Under the pieces are notes generated by a model, which was not told where the DNA came from, did not search any database, and saw nothing but the letters and a program-made list of their open reading frames with translations. Below, in pieces: positions 1-11,656 of a DNA stretch of 64,000 nucleotides. The DNA is from Trichosphaerium sp. ATCC 40318 (Eukaryota > Protista > Tubulinea). How positions within the stretch are numbered: position 1 is the stretch's first letter; the number at the start of each line of letters is the position of its first letter. Location: positions 1-64,000 of the forward strand of contig JALMLS010000540.1 of NCBI GenBank assembly GCA_038496445.1, given 5' to 3'. A program made the translations under genes and the position numbers.

Positions 1-652
1 TCAAAGTACTTTCTGGTGCTTCGATCATTCATGATGTATTATTGGGATCAGGTGATGATTGTATCATTGCAAGTGGAAGTACATACATTCCACCCATTTA
101 TGGAGGTAAGTCGCATTTGTTTGTTATGCTCATTGTATATAATCTATCTAACACTTTTAAAAGAGTCTGGATTCGATTCTGTTGAAGCATCAGATGTTGA
201 ATCAATTGAGTTTATTGATCTTGGAGGAGACGATGATTGTATCAAACTAAGTAATACTACTATTGCTCAAACAGTTGACATGTCAATTGGAGACAATTGT
301 ATGATTGCTGATCAATCATCAATGCAATTCATTTACACTGGCAATGGCAATAACTGTGTTGGTTTATCGAATTCAACTGTATCAAATGAAATACTACGTA
401 CGTATACTAAATTCAACACCAAATTTGTAATTGTTCGCTACAGGAGGAGAAGGAAGTACATGCTTTGACTTGGACAATGTTCAAGGAAACTTTAATCTTT
501 TCGGAAGTAACTCAGTTGACGTCTTTGATATCTCTGACTCAGACATTCGTGAACTTAACACTCAAGGAGGTGCAGACTGTGTTATGCTTTTGAGAGCATC
601 AGTGGATCAGCTTACTGTATCAGTAGAAGATATAGTTAAGGTATCGCTGTAA
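1..652 (+). CDS. 3' end of a secreted lectin/mucin-family paralog (C-terminal RTX-like Gly/Asp repeat domain); gene begins before the window
   Basis: Spliced reading ...DVLLGSGDDCIIASGSTYIPPIYG|ESGFDSVEASDVESIEFIDLGGDDDCIKLS...|GEGSTCFDLDNVQ...IVKVSL*. Near-identical, introns included, to the reverse complement of about 4530-5180. Confidence 0.8.
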
Positions 653-837
653 TTATCAGAAATAAACCTCTTCCCACAATAAAGCCTTCAAAAAGCGCTT
701 TCCTATTAATTCAACATGAACGTGCATTGAAAATGATCACGTGGTCTGATTCCCTCATAAAAACAATCGTCGAATCCAAAAGTCTTTACATCTTTTTTGG
801 CGGTGTGATTGGACTTTGGGCCTTATTAACATGCAGT

Positions 838-910
838 GCCTATATAGCTCAATTGGCAGAGCAGTGGTTTTCTAAGCCATTGGTTGCAGGTTCAATCCCT
901 GCTATAGGCT
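838..910 (+). tRNA. tRNA with anticodon TCT (nominally tRNA-Arg(UCU)), atypical body
   Basis: Cloverleaf: acceptor GCCTATA/TATAGGC + T73; D arm GCTC/GAGC; anticodon stem GTGGT/GCCAT with loop TT-TCT-AA; T arm GCAGG-TTCAATC-CCTGC. Oligo-T terminator at 919-923. Confidence 0.85.
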
Positions 911-954
911 TCTATTCATTTTTGGATACGTTCCGGATAGGGTTAAAACGCGGC

Positions 955-965
955 GGTTCAAATCC
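955..965 (+). promoter_or_regulatory. Extra (external) B-box-like Pol III element downstream of the tRNA
   Basis: GGTTCAAATCC matches the B-box consensus GGTTCRANNCC and lies about 45 nt 3' of the tRNA. Confidence 0.5.
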
Positions 966-1159
966 ACGCAAATACATTGACTCAAAATGTGAAAACATAT
1001 ATGCTTTTGTGAATACACATAACAAAACTTGTAAGGAGGACATTTTCCAAGCTGAGGCTTGTGTTGTACTATGTAATGCCAATCGTGCTCGACTAAAGTA
1101 AAACCTAGTCAAATAAGCCAAACAAACAAATATGCTTTTGTAAACTGGTACTTTTATTC

Positions 1160-2279
1160 TTAATCATTGCTACTTTTTCCTGCTTCAATAAAGCTTGACA
1201 TATACTCAGGTATACCAATATCAAATTCCATACGATTTCCTTTTGTAGGATGATAAAGAGCAAGCATATTTGCAGTTAACATTAGATTACTATATCTACT
1301 ATGCTTCCTGGAATAAAGTGGATCTCCAACAATAGAGTGCCCAATAGAGCACATGTGAACCCTGATTTGATGTGTCTAAAATAGTACGTTAAAACATCAC
1401 GTGTTACTGTTGTAGTTTGATGACTTACTCTTCCTGTATCAAGCCGCAAATGGACGGCAGTATACTCATCTTTTTTAATACGAAATGTTTTATCACGTCT
1501 CCACACTGTACGTGCGTGTTTACCAACATTAGGATCATCTGATGTTGTCATTTTATGATGTTGTTTGTGGTGACGTAGTATAGGCTTTGTAACATCTCCT
1601 TCACGTTCTTTCATTGATCCTTTAACCTACAAGAGACATTACAAACTAACGCGTATAATACCACAAAAATGTTGGTTGACACTTTTTTTTGTCTGCAAAA
1701 CACTGATCCTCGGTGGACTTGTTAAGACGTACAATGGCATAATACTGCCGCGCCATAGCCTTTTGCTTAAGCTGTTCTTTGAGAGATTCATGAGCTTCGT
1801 TATTACGGCACACTACCATTAAACCAGACGTGTCTACAGAAAATTACGATTTTTCATAATTGGTGATAATGTCATGCCTCTATCTAGCCTGTGAACTATG
1901 CCAGGGCACCAATCTCCTTTAAGGAAGGCGTGAATACGCGTTTAAATGGCATTAACAAACCTTGTAGATTTGATAAGCCGTCTACTCCATAACGATGCAC
2001 CAATCCGTTTATAAGGAATGTTTCATCAGTTTGTTGGTTAATACCAGGGTGTACAGTGATTCCTGGCGCTATTGGGTGTTTTAAAATGAACTTGTGACAG
2101 GAAAAGTGACACGTACCTTTGTTTAGCACTACGATGTCATCGTCCTCATGTTTAATGTCTAATTCTAGCTCACGAGGCTGTATTGGCTGTTGTACCTCTC
2201 GAACCTTTCTAAAGGTAGTTTTGCAACGAACTCGCGTAGGAGGAGCCGTGCGGCTACATGTAGATCGCCATAAACGCAT
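1160..2279 (-). CDS. RluA/RluD-family RNA pseudouridine synthase (multi-exon, probably organelle-targeted)
   Basis: Motifs HEDDDIVVLNK, GITVHPG, PGIVHRLDRDTSGLMVV (catalytic Asp, across a GC-AG intron), LDTGRxHQIRVHM, GHSIVGDPLY. Arg-rich N-terminus. Confidence 0.92.
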
Positions 2280-2695
2280 TGAACCAAGATTGACTTTTAT
2301 TTCGTTTTAATGTATAAGGAATGAGCGCAGTGCGCCACCAACGTAATTGGGAAGATTAATAGGCGCCCGTAATGGAAAATAGCCAAGAAGCCAATACAAA
2401 TGCGCGTACATTACCTCAATACGCATTTGAAAGTACCAGAAAGTACAATAGCGAACACCCAACGGCGAGAAACTATGTCATTGCTTACATTGCGCTACAC
2501 ACCATGTATTTATGATCCCACACCTCAAGGATCTTCTGAAATGGCTCAATTATTCGCAGTACGCATATTTTATGATTATTGTAGTTTCTAAATGGTAACA
2601 ACAAGCCTTATCAAAAACAAGTCACCAGATCCAACAGAAAGAGGAAAAAGACAGTTCGTCCGAGTGACGTGCAACAACCATCTTTCCTTACAGAA

Positions 2696-4080
2696 ATGAC
2701 TCCACCTAGTATAAGAGAAGATATTGAACACGTGCGTAGTCACGTGTTATGTTTTTTTTTGATGTGAGATATTTTTACATTGACACTTTGGTGTTAGGTG
2801 ATTATGCCTAAACGTAAAAAAAAGAAGTACCCTTTGCCACTTTTCTTGTTGTTGTACGTTTACAAAGTATAGAGAACAAAAAGTTGGGATAGATTTTGTG
2901 TCACCTGCAGGCGCACCAAATAAGAAAGTTATAAAAATGATAGCATTACATAATGCACTGTATGTCATTTACGAGTATGTTTTTCTTCTTTTTTTTCAGT
3001 TTTAGTTAATGGTATGTAGAAAGTTCTTGTCGAAGTTTGACTTGTCTGAAGTTGAAGAGCTTTGGGAAGTTATAATTGAAGTGGATGAAGCATTTTGGTA
3101 TTACAAAGATATTCTCATTCTAAATAAGATGCTACCTACGCATTTTACGCTAGCAGAGTTCACTATAAACCGTAAGTGTAATCAAAAGTATGCTTGTTAA
3201 GAATTCCCGCAGTTTTCACATCTGTCACTGAACTTGAGTACTTGCATTGTGCTATAATTAATTCTACAAGTTATGGCGCTATAGTGTCTAAATACGTAGA
3301 GTTTAACAGAACGTCAGGTACACTCAGCACGCCTACTATTTGTTTCCACAACATTGTACTAAAAACCTATTCAGATCGTTGTGGCGCTTTTTTGATGTCA
3401 CCAGATGACAAGCAAGTCATCCTTGTTATGGCATCTAAAAGTAAGACATGGATGTTCCCAGGAGGAAAGAAAAAACCGAGTGAAGAGCCACACGAAGCGG
3501 CTCAACGAGAGGTACTAATCTCAACAAGTGTTATCTTTTTTTTTTTCCTTTCAACAGCTTTCTAAGTGCTCCGGATAGATTTTAGAAGAAACTGGCTATG
3601 ATATTTCTGAAAAATTAGATTTATCTCTATTCCTCGATTGTCATAGTTCTGGAAGGACAACAAGGTTCTACATAATAAAGAATGTTCCATTCAACTATGA
3701 CTTTAAGCCTCAAACAAGAAATGAAGTTCTGGTACGTTAGGACACATCATAGCGGTCTAACCAACCAAAATCCTCTGCAACAAATACTCGTCTATTCATT
3801 CAAGCCTTCAGTTTCTGAAGAATTTGAATGCTCATTCAAAAAAAAAACCTTGCACATTCTCAAAAAATTCTTGTTTTCAAAAGCTTCTTGTCCAATTAAC
3901 ATGTTGCTTTTTTTAAGGCTATTTCTTGGTTTGACGTTGAAATATTGTATACTAAAGGCTCAGGAAAGAAAAAAACAAGAGTGCAACCGTACTTAAGGTG
4001 AGCAAATATGTTTTTTTTTTGACACTCAATCTTTTTGTTTTAGACACTTATACTATGACTACGTAAAGAAGCAGTTGTAA
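2696..4080 (+). CDS. Dcp2-like mRNA decapping Nudix hydrolase (multi-exon)
   Basis: Box-A-like VCRKFL...IEVDEAFWYYKD; WMFPGGK; Nudix box GGKKKPSEEPHEAAQRE|ILEETGYD; FKPQTRNEVLAISWFD. Start exon inferred. Confidence 0.8.
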
Positions 4081-4529
4081 TGTTAGATAGTTTCGTACAT
4101 GGGAAGGAAAAATAAGCTGAACCTTCTTTGTAAATATTTACTTGTGGAAAAATGCTATTGAATGCCGAATTTTTTGTTTATTGGGCGAAACATAATCTCT
4201 TATTGAGTGTAAAAGCGATCGATTGTTTGTTTGCATACATTAAAAACGTTGGAACTTGTACTAGCGCTTACCAAGGAACCAAAAATAAAATTGTAACAGG
4301 TATATACCAGCACAAGAACCTCTTTTTCTTCCTCGTACTTTAATTCATCTTTTCTTTGAAGCCTGATACCTATTGAAACTCATCTTAGTTTTTGAATGAC
4401 GTCTAAAAGATTTAATCTAATAGACCGACTTATTATTGCTGTACAATATGCACAATACAAAGCACCACTTGACAAATAATAAAGAAAGGGCTTAAGGCGT
4501 CCTTAAGGTATTTTATTTGAAGTACATGT

Positions 4530-7500
4530 CTAAAATGAGATTTTTATTATATCTTCCTCTTCTATGTTAAGTTGATCAACTGATGTTTTCGATAGTATAA
4601 CACAGTCTGCGCCTTCTTGAGGATTAAGTTCACGTATATCCGCTGCAAAAATATCGAGGATGTCAACTGAATCGCTTCCGAAAAGATTAAAGTTTCCTTG
4701 AACATTGTCCAAGTCAAAGCATGTACTTCCTTCTCCTCCTGTAGCGAACAATTACAAATTTGAATTGAGTTTAGTATACACATACCTATTATCTCGTTTG
4801 ATACAGTTGAATTTGATAAACCAACACAGTTACTACCATTGCCAGTGTAAACGAATTGCATTGATGATTGATCAGCAATCATACAATTGTCTCCAATTGA
4901 CATGTCAACTGTTTGAGCAATGGTAGTATTACTTAGTTTGATACAATCATCGTCTTCTCCAAGGTCAATAAACTCAATTGATTCAACATCTGATGCTTCA
5001 ACAGAATCGAATCCAGACTCTTAAAACAAGACGTTACAATTATGGTATGACCAAACAACAAACGCAATTTACCTCCATAAATGGGTGGAATGTATGTACT
5101 TCCACTTGCGATGATACAATCATCACCTGATCCCAACATAATGTCATGAATGATCGAAGCACCAGAAAGTACTTTGATACAATCATTGTCATATGATCCT
5201 TTTACACCATGTGATAAAATGACACCTTCTGAAATGATCAAACAAGGCAATGCTAATGTGCTTAAATCAATTTCCGCTCCTTAAACAACACGATTAGTTT
5301 GTTACAATTAACAATGTTTGTGTTTGTACCTGGAATATTACTTGATGTGATTGTAACACATAACGGATCTGTAAAGTCACATGCATTGCAAGATGTGACA
5401 TGACAAGATGTACATTCACCAGATGAAGTTGTACAAGAGCATCCATTACACGTGTCTAAAGCACGTGTTGGAGGAAGTGTTGTTGGTGCTATTGTTGTTG
5501 GCGCTTGTGTTGTTGGTGAAAGTGTTGTTGGAGGCTCAGTTGTAGGAGGTAGAGTTGTAGGTGGTTCTGTTGTTGGAGGTTCAGTTGTAGGAGGTTCAGT
5601 AGTAGGTGGTAAAGTAGTTGGGGCTTCAGTTGTAGGTGGGAGTGTTGTTGGCGGTTCTGTGGTAGGTGGCTCTGTAGTTGGAGGAGCAGTGGTTGGCGGT
5701 TCTGTGGTAGGAGGTAACGTTGTAGGTGCCTCTGTGGTAGGTGGCTCTGTAGTTGGTGCCTCAGTTGTTGGTGGTTCAGTTGTAGGTGGCTGTGTTGTTG
5801 GCGATTCTGTAGTAGGTGGTTTTGTTGTTGGCGGCAATGTAGTGGGCGGGAGCGTAGTAGGAGGCAACGTTGTAGGTGACTATGAAAATGTTAGCATTCA
5901 CTTAAAAAACATATTGTGTACCTCAGTTGTTGGAGGTTCAGTTGTAGGAGGCTCAGTTGTAGGTGGTAAAGTAGTTGGGGCTTCAGTTGTAGGTGGCTCA
6001 GTTGTTGGAGGCTCAGTTGTAGGCGGTTCTGTTGTTGGTGGGTGAGTTGTAGGTGGCTCTGTAGTCGGAGGTAAGGTTGTAGGTGGGAGCGTTGTTGGAG
6101 GCTCAGTGGTAGGTGGTTGTGTGGTTGGAGGTTCAGTTGTAGGCGGCTCGGTGGTTGGAGGCGTTGTAGTTGGCGGTTCAGTCGTAGGAGGCTCAGTTGT
6201 AGGAGGTTCAGTTGTAGGAGCTTGCGTTGTAGGCGGAGTAGTAGTTGGAGGTTCCGTTGTAGGAGGCTCCGTAGTTGGAGGGAGTGTGGTTGGTGGCTGT
6301 GTTGTTGGAGGTTCAGTTGTAGGTGGTTGCGTCGTTGGAGGTTCTGTAGTCGGTGGAGTAGTTGTTGGTGGTTCAGTTGTAGGTGGAGTGGTAGTTGGAG
6401 GCTCCGTGGTTGGTGGTAAAGTAGTTGGCGGCAGTGTTGTTGGCGGTTCCGTGGTAGGAGGTTGCGTTGTGGGAGGCTCAGTTGTTGGTGGAAGAGTTGT
6501 AGGTGGAGTGGTTGTTGGAGGTTGAGTTGTAGGTGGTAACGTTGTTGGGGGTTCTGTGGTAGGTGGTAGAGTGGTCGGAGGTTCTGTAGTTGGAGGCTCT
6601 GTTGTAGGAGGCTCCGTTGTAGGTGGTTCCGTTGTTGGAGGTTCGGTGGTAGGTGGCTCTGTAGTTGGTGGTGCCGTTGTAGGAGGCTCAGTAGTAGGTG
6701 ATAAAGTAGTTGGCGGCAGTGTAGTAGGTGGCAACGTAGTTGGGGGTTCAGTTGTTGGTGGTTCTGTGGTAGGAGGTAATGTTGTTGGAGGTTCAGTTGT
6801 AGGAGGCTCTGTGGTTGGAGGCTCAGTAGTAGGTGGTAAAGTAGTTGGCGACAGTGTAGTAGGTGGTAACGTTGTGGGAGGCTCCGTTGTAGGCGGCAAT
6901 GTGGTTGGCGGCAGTGTTGTAGGTGGTTCAGTGGTAGGTGGTAACGTTGTGGGAGGTTCAGTTGTTGGTGACTCTGTGGTAGGTGGTAGAGTGGTCGGAG
7001 GTTCTGTAGTTGGTGGCTCTGTGGTAGGTGGCAGAGTGGTTGGTGGTTCAGTCGTAGGTGGTTCAGTTGTAGGAGGTTCGGTGGTAGGTGGCTTTGTAGT
7101 TGGTGGGGCAGTTGTAGGAGGCAACGTAGTAGGAGGAAGAGTTGTAGGGGGTTCAGTAGTTGGCGGCAAGGTTGTAGGAGGCAGAGTGGTTGGAGGTAGT
7201 GTTGTTGGAGGTTCCGTGGTAGGTGGTAGAGTAGTCGGTGGTTCTGTAGTTGGCGGTCTTGTTGTTGGTGGTAACGTAGTTGGTACAGGAGGCGGAGCTA
7301 CACAAACACCATGCCTTGTAACTGAAGAATCACATACTCCTGCTGCCCATTGACCTGCTGGCCTGAAACTGAATGAACCTGAAGTTGTAAAACAGTTTCT
7401 TGAAGCAGCATTGTTGTCATTGTCGGCGAAATTGGTGTACACAGCAGGTGTACCATCCCTCCAAAGCAAGGTATCTTTTTAATTATTAGTGGATACGATT

Positions 7501-8665
7501 TTGTAGTGTTTAACGAGTACCTTCAACTAGTACATCTGTTGCTCCAATCCAACACAAGGCTTTACTTAATGTATCACATGCTGCTACAACACGATCATTT
7601 TCTTCCTCGGTTGTGATTATAGCCAAGTCTGTCCCGTATGTTGTTTGACAAGCCGTTTGGGCAGCTTCCGCAGTTAAAGATGTTGGCAAAAGAACATACT
7701 CTCGGTTTTTAGGAGCATTACAAATACCATGTCTTGTAATTGTAGCACTATCGCATACTCCTGCTGCCCATTGACCTGCTGGCCTGAAACTGAAAGAACC
7801 TGAGGTAGTAAAACAGTCTCTTGATCCAGCATTGTTGAGGTTGCTTGCAAAGTTGGTGTAGTAAAAAGGAGAACCATCCCGCCAAACAAAAGTACCTTAA
7901 CAAATCTCGTGTTAACTGTGATCGCTGCTATTTGAGAAAAAGAAAAGAAAAAGGCTTACTCTCGACGTCTAGGTCATTTCCACCAATCCAACACAAAGCT
8001 TTGCGCAATGTATCACATGCTGCTACAGCTCGGTCGTTCTCTTCGTCTGTTGTGATCTTTGCGAGATCTGTACCGTACATACTTTGGCACGCTGCTTGTG
8101 CTGCAGTTGCTGAGAGGCTGTCAGGTAGTAGAACGTAATCACGTTCTGAAGCCTCATCACAAATACCCCTTCTTAGCGTAGAGCAAGATTCTGTGCCCCA
8201 TTCTCCACTGCTAGCAGAGATACTTGTACAGTCATTCGCTGCATTATTAATGTTGGTTGATCCGAAGTTATCATACAAGAAAGGTGTAGTATCTCTCCAA
8301 AGGAAGCTTCCTAGGTTGTTTTAGAGTTGAAGACAGCCAGTAAAATTATGTATTAAAGTGTGTACCTTCGTTCACAGCATCAGTACCGCCAATCCAACAC
8401 GGTACTGTTCCAATAGAATCACAAACTGCGAGAACTTCTGCGTTTTGACCAACACCTGTAATCTTGGCGAGATCTGATCCGTACATGGACTGGCAGGCAA
8501 GTTGAGAATCTCAGCAGAAAGAGCGGTAGGTAAAGCTATGTAGGCGTTTACAGCAACTAAGAAGAGTGCTGTAAAGAGTATCTATATTGAGCATTAGCAA
8601 ACAAAACAGCAATGAGACAAACATAAAACAAAACTAAACAGTACCGTAGTACAACTGTCTATCAT
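4530..8665 (-). CDS. Secreted mosaic protein: 3 C-type lectin domains + long PPTTx mucin stalk + Cys-rich linker + RTX-like C-terminal domain; apparent 1-nt frameshift near 8511 (possible pseudogene or sequence error)
   Basis: Signal-like ILFTALFLVAVNA. CTLD motifs AQAACQSMYGTDLAKIT, CWIGG, F/LWRDG, WAAGVC...GVC repeated three times. C-terminus matches the paralog at 1-652. Confidence 0.85.
5460..7290 (-). repeat. Coding tandem repeat, 15-nt unit encoding PPTT-(E/L/Q/T/A/K), over 100 units, split by a short intron (about 5880-5921)
   Basis: Seen directly in ORFs 5262-5867 and 5898-7469. Synonymous codons vary between units. Confidence 0.97.
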
Positions 8666-9925
8666 TGTATTATGATGAATAGAGTTGATGCGTTGTATTG
8701 TAAAGAATGATGTTTATGAATAAATCAAGGTGTGTACACGTGTTTTCAAAGTAAAGAACACACGTTGCGTGAACTTAAAACTGGTAAAGAGAGCAACAAA
8801 ACATGTAGATTGTAGGGTGAAAGCAAAGTTCATTGAAACCTGCGTGTTGTAAAACCGCAGAAAAATCAGGGAACAAATAGTTTGCCAAGGCTCAACGAGA
8901 ACCATACAGCTGATCTACTGTTTTGGGCTTTTTATCTACAAATGTACGTCTAGGATGAAAACTGGCTGCAGTTTACGGATTGGCGCTATGCTTTACGTGG
9001 CAAGATTCAAATGACTAACAAAAAACACGGCAGCACTCGCAGGATAATGTGTACTTTTTTCTAAACCAAAGAGTTTTGTCGCACCTTTTTCAAGGTTTAA
9101 GTATGTTGCTAGCGCGAAATTGTTCAAGTACAATAACACTTAAATAAAAATAGATAGACTCACTCTTTGTTTTGCGTTGAAGCGTTGTTCAACGTGATAA
9201 ACACGTGATTTTTTTTCCACAACACGAGTGATGTTAAACGGGTATTGTTACGCGAACTACCAGTTACACGTGGCCGCAAAGGCCGATCTTCAAATCTCGT
9301 AAAATTACGACCCGAAACTTCTCGTAGTATCAAGCTTTTTCGCGGTTACAGGGCAGCCTCGGGACAAACAACTTTAATCCACAGGAACTACACAGATCAA
9401 GACGGTTTTTCTCGCGGTCGAGCTTGAAAAGCTGTATTCGCTGTCATAAACAACAATCACCATTAAGTAGCTTACCCTTAGAAAGAACTGAGACATCAAG
9501 TTCCACGAAGTGGGATCACACTGCACGAAAAAAAAAAGCGATCGCAAAATCCAGCAATAAGTTGTTTCTCTTGTTAGTGAAATATATCAAAGCAAAACGC
9601 ATACACCAAAGATCACATAACCAAAAGACTATGGCACGGCATTGTGCTGTTGTAGGTCAAAGCCAAGTCCACTCAGTGACGTTATTTTAACCAAAAACTT
9701 CAAAAATTGAACAAAAAATGGCAATTGTTGGTTTAGTTGGTTGTGATATTTAGTTGTAGGTACACTCACTATTTCATCGTGGAAATGGTAGATGGCACAA
9801 GCGGCATTTTGTAGCTTGCCAGAGTAGAGATAAAATTACAACATTGAAATGTCATTCACGTAAACAGTAACATTGTGTTTGAAGCAACAAAACAGGCGTA
9901 CCAAGTCGTGTTGGTTTAATAGCTA

Positions 9926-10399
9926 ATGGGCAACGCTCAAACATCAAACATACGCCAGCGCAACAATGAGCATCCAAGAACCGCTGCAAATAAGCAAAAA
10001 GAGTCTATTCGATCTACTGCTCCAGGAAAGATTGCCAGTGATTGTCCCCTATGGATCCACCCTACTAGGACCAACGATGAGTTGATTTTGGAGATTGACG
10101 GCGTTAAAATAACCGTTTACCCAAATATTGGCTTCTTTGAGATAGCGTGTGCTATTGGAGAAATCTATGGCTTCGTGACGTACCAGGACGACAAACTCTA
10201 CATCCGACAAAAAGGCCGAGGTGTAGAAGACGCGGAAGAAGAGGTAGACGACGAATCTCCGCAAGTAGCGCACGAAAGAAAGATAGAGAGCGTGTTAAAT
10301 GCCATAAAAGAAGGAATCTCGTTCGTTACCAACAGTACGCATGAAGGAGAGTATATAACGCGCTGCGGTGATAAAACACATGCCTTCTCAGTACTTTAA
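9926..10399 (+). CDS. Intronless hypothetical protein, 157 aa, possible N-myristoylation
   Basis: Clean ATG-TAA ORF starting MGNAQTS; no recognised domain. Confidence 0.6.
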   Translation: MGNAQTSNIRQRNNEHPRTAANKQKESIRSTAPGKIASDCPLWIHPTRTNDELILEIDGVKITVYPNIGFFEIACAIGEIYGFVTYQDDKLYIRQKGRGVEDAEEEVDDESPQVAHERKIESVLNAIKEGISFVTNSTHEGEYITRCGDKTHAFSVL

Positions 10400-10463
10400 A
10401 GTACATACGAACTGACTTAATCATTCAATTGTTGCGCAATAAACTAAGCTAATTTGACACTTG

Positions 10464-11602
10464 ATGTCTTCGAAACCACCTGGTATTGATGCGCACCTTT
10501 GTGAGGGGCCAATATCAAATGTTTACATGAGGCAAAGCGATATTGGCTATGATGGCACTCTTACACTCTCAAGGATTGGCACTATTACCCAAGTACGTGG
10601 TTTATCTTATTTAGAACAAAATCACGATTGTCTGATCTAAACTATTTCAAAAAAGGAACACAGAGCCAGAATATTTGGTTACTACGCGTCACATACCCCA
10701 TGGCTACCTTCATTCCTTAATTACGCAAATGGACAACATTGGGTACGCCTAAGCTAATTTAATAGCGTAAAACGCATGCATTCAAGCGCCTAAGACTAAC
10801 GAGAAACAAATCACACAGAATAGATGTGAATCTATTTAGATTTTTTGCTAAACTCTTACAAAGGTTGTAAAAAGTCAACAAATCTCAGTCATAAAGCCTT
10901 TCTGTTTATTTGGCCATATGAACCTTGACCCCTTCACATGCACATCAAAACTTGTAAAGATAGGCAGAACAAGTATCACTGTTGGTATTCGAGTTCAAAG
11001 GCACGTGCCTTTTTTGTCTTTCAACTAAACTACACTTCTTACCGCTAATCTTATTTCCTATTTTTAGGACAGGAGAAGAATACTACCGCGCCACTGTAAC
11101 AATGGTTCTTGTTGATGCTAGTAATACACATTCAGTACCACATGAACCAGAATTCTTACAAGCTGCTAAAAAACATCTTAATGAAAAACGTGATTTATCA
11201 CGTGAGAATTTATTTAATGTTATTCAAATGGATGAAATACCTAAACACCTTGACCCTCAAAAGTTTTTTGAGAGTACTCTAAAGGTTAGACATTCAGAAG
11301 CAGACATAAATAATCACGTGAATCATTCTCAGTACATAAAATGGTTTGAAGATAGTATTCTTGAAAGTAGATCTCCTGGAGGTGTCTTTGAATCAGATTG
11401 TTTTGAATTGAAGGGAAGAAAGGTTTTACGTATGGTTTATATGCAAGAAACAAAGATTGGACAGGAAGTAACTATCAGAATTTATCCGATATTTAAGGAG
11501 AGTAGCAAAACTGTAAAGTCGTTCGTTTTTACTTGTACAAAACCATTAGGTGAAATTGCTTGTAATGGTACACTGACAGTTATGGAACACAGCAAGTTGT
11601 AG
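10464..11602 (+). CDS. Acyl-ACP/acyl-CoA thioesterase, double hotdog fold (multi-exon)
   Basis: MRQSDIGYDG; KLVKIGRTSITV (GRTS motif); KVRHSEADINNHVNHSQYIKWFED catalytic motif. Confidence 0.85.
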
Positions 11603-11656
11603 ACAATAAAACAATGATTAAATCATTTGCTACTTTGGCGTGATGAGAAAAAACAA

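Noticed and set aside
727-1121. ORFs 727-1101 (+) and 912-1121 (-)
   Set aside because: They overlap or abut the tRNA gene and show no recognisable protein features.
5452-7353. Long plus-strand GGSVV-repeat ORFs
   Set aside because: They are the antisense shadow of the PPTTx array. Splice sites and flanking domains support only the minus strand.
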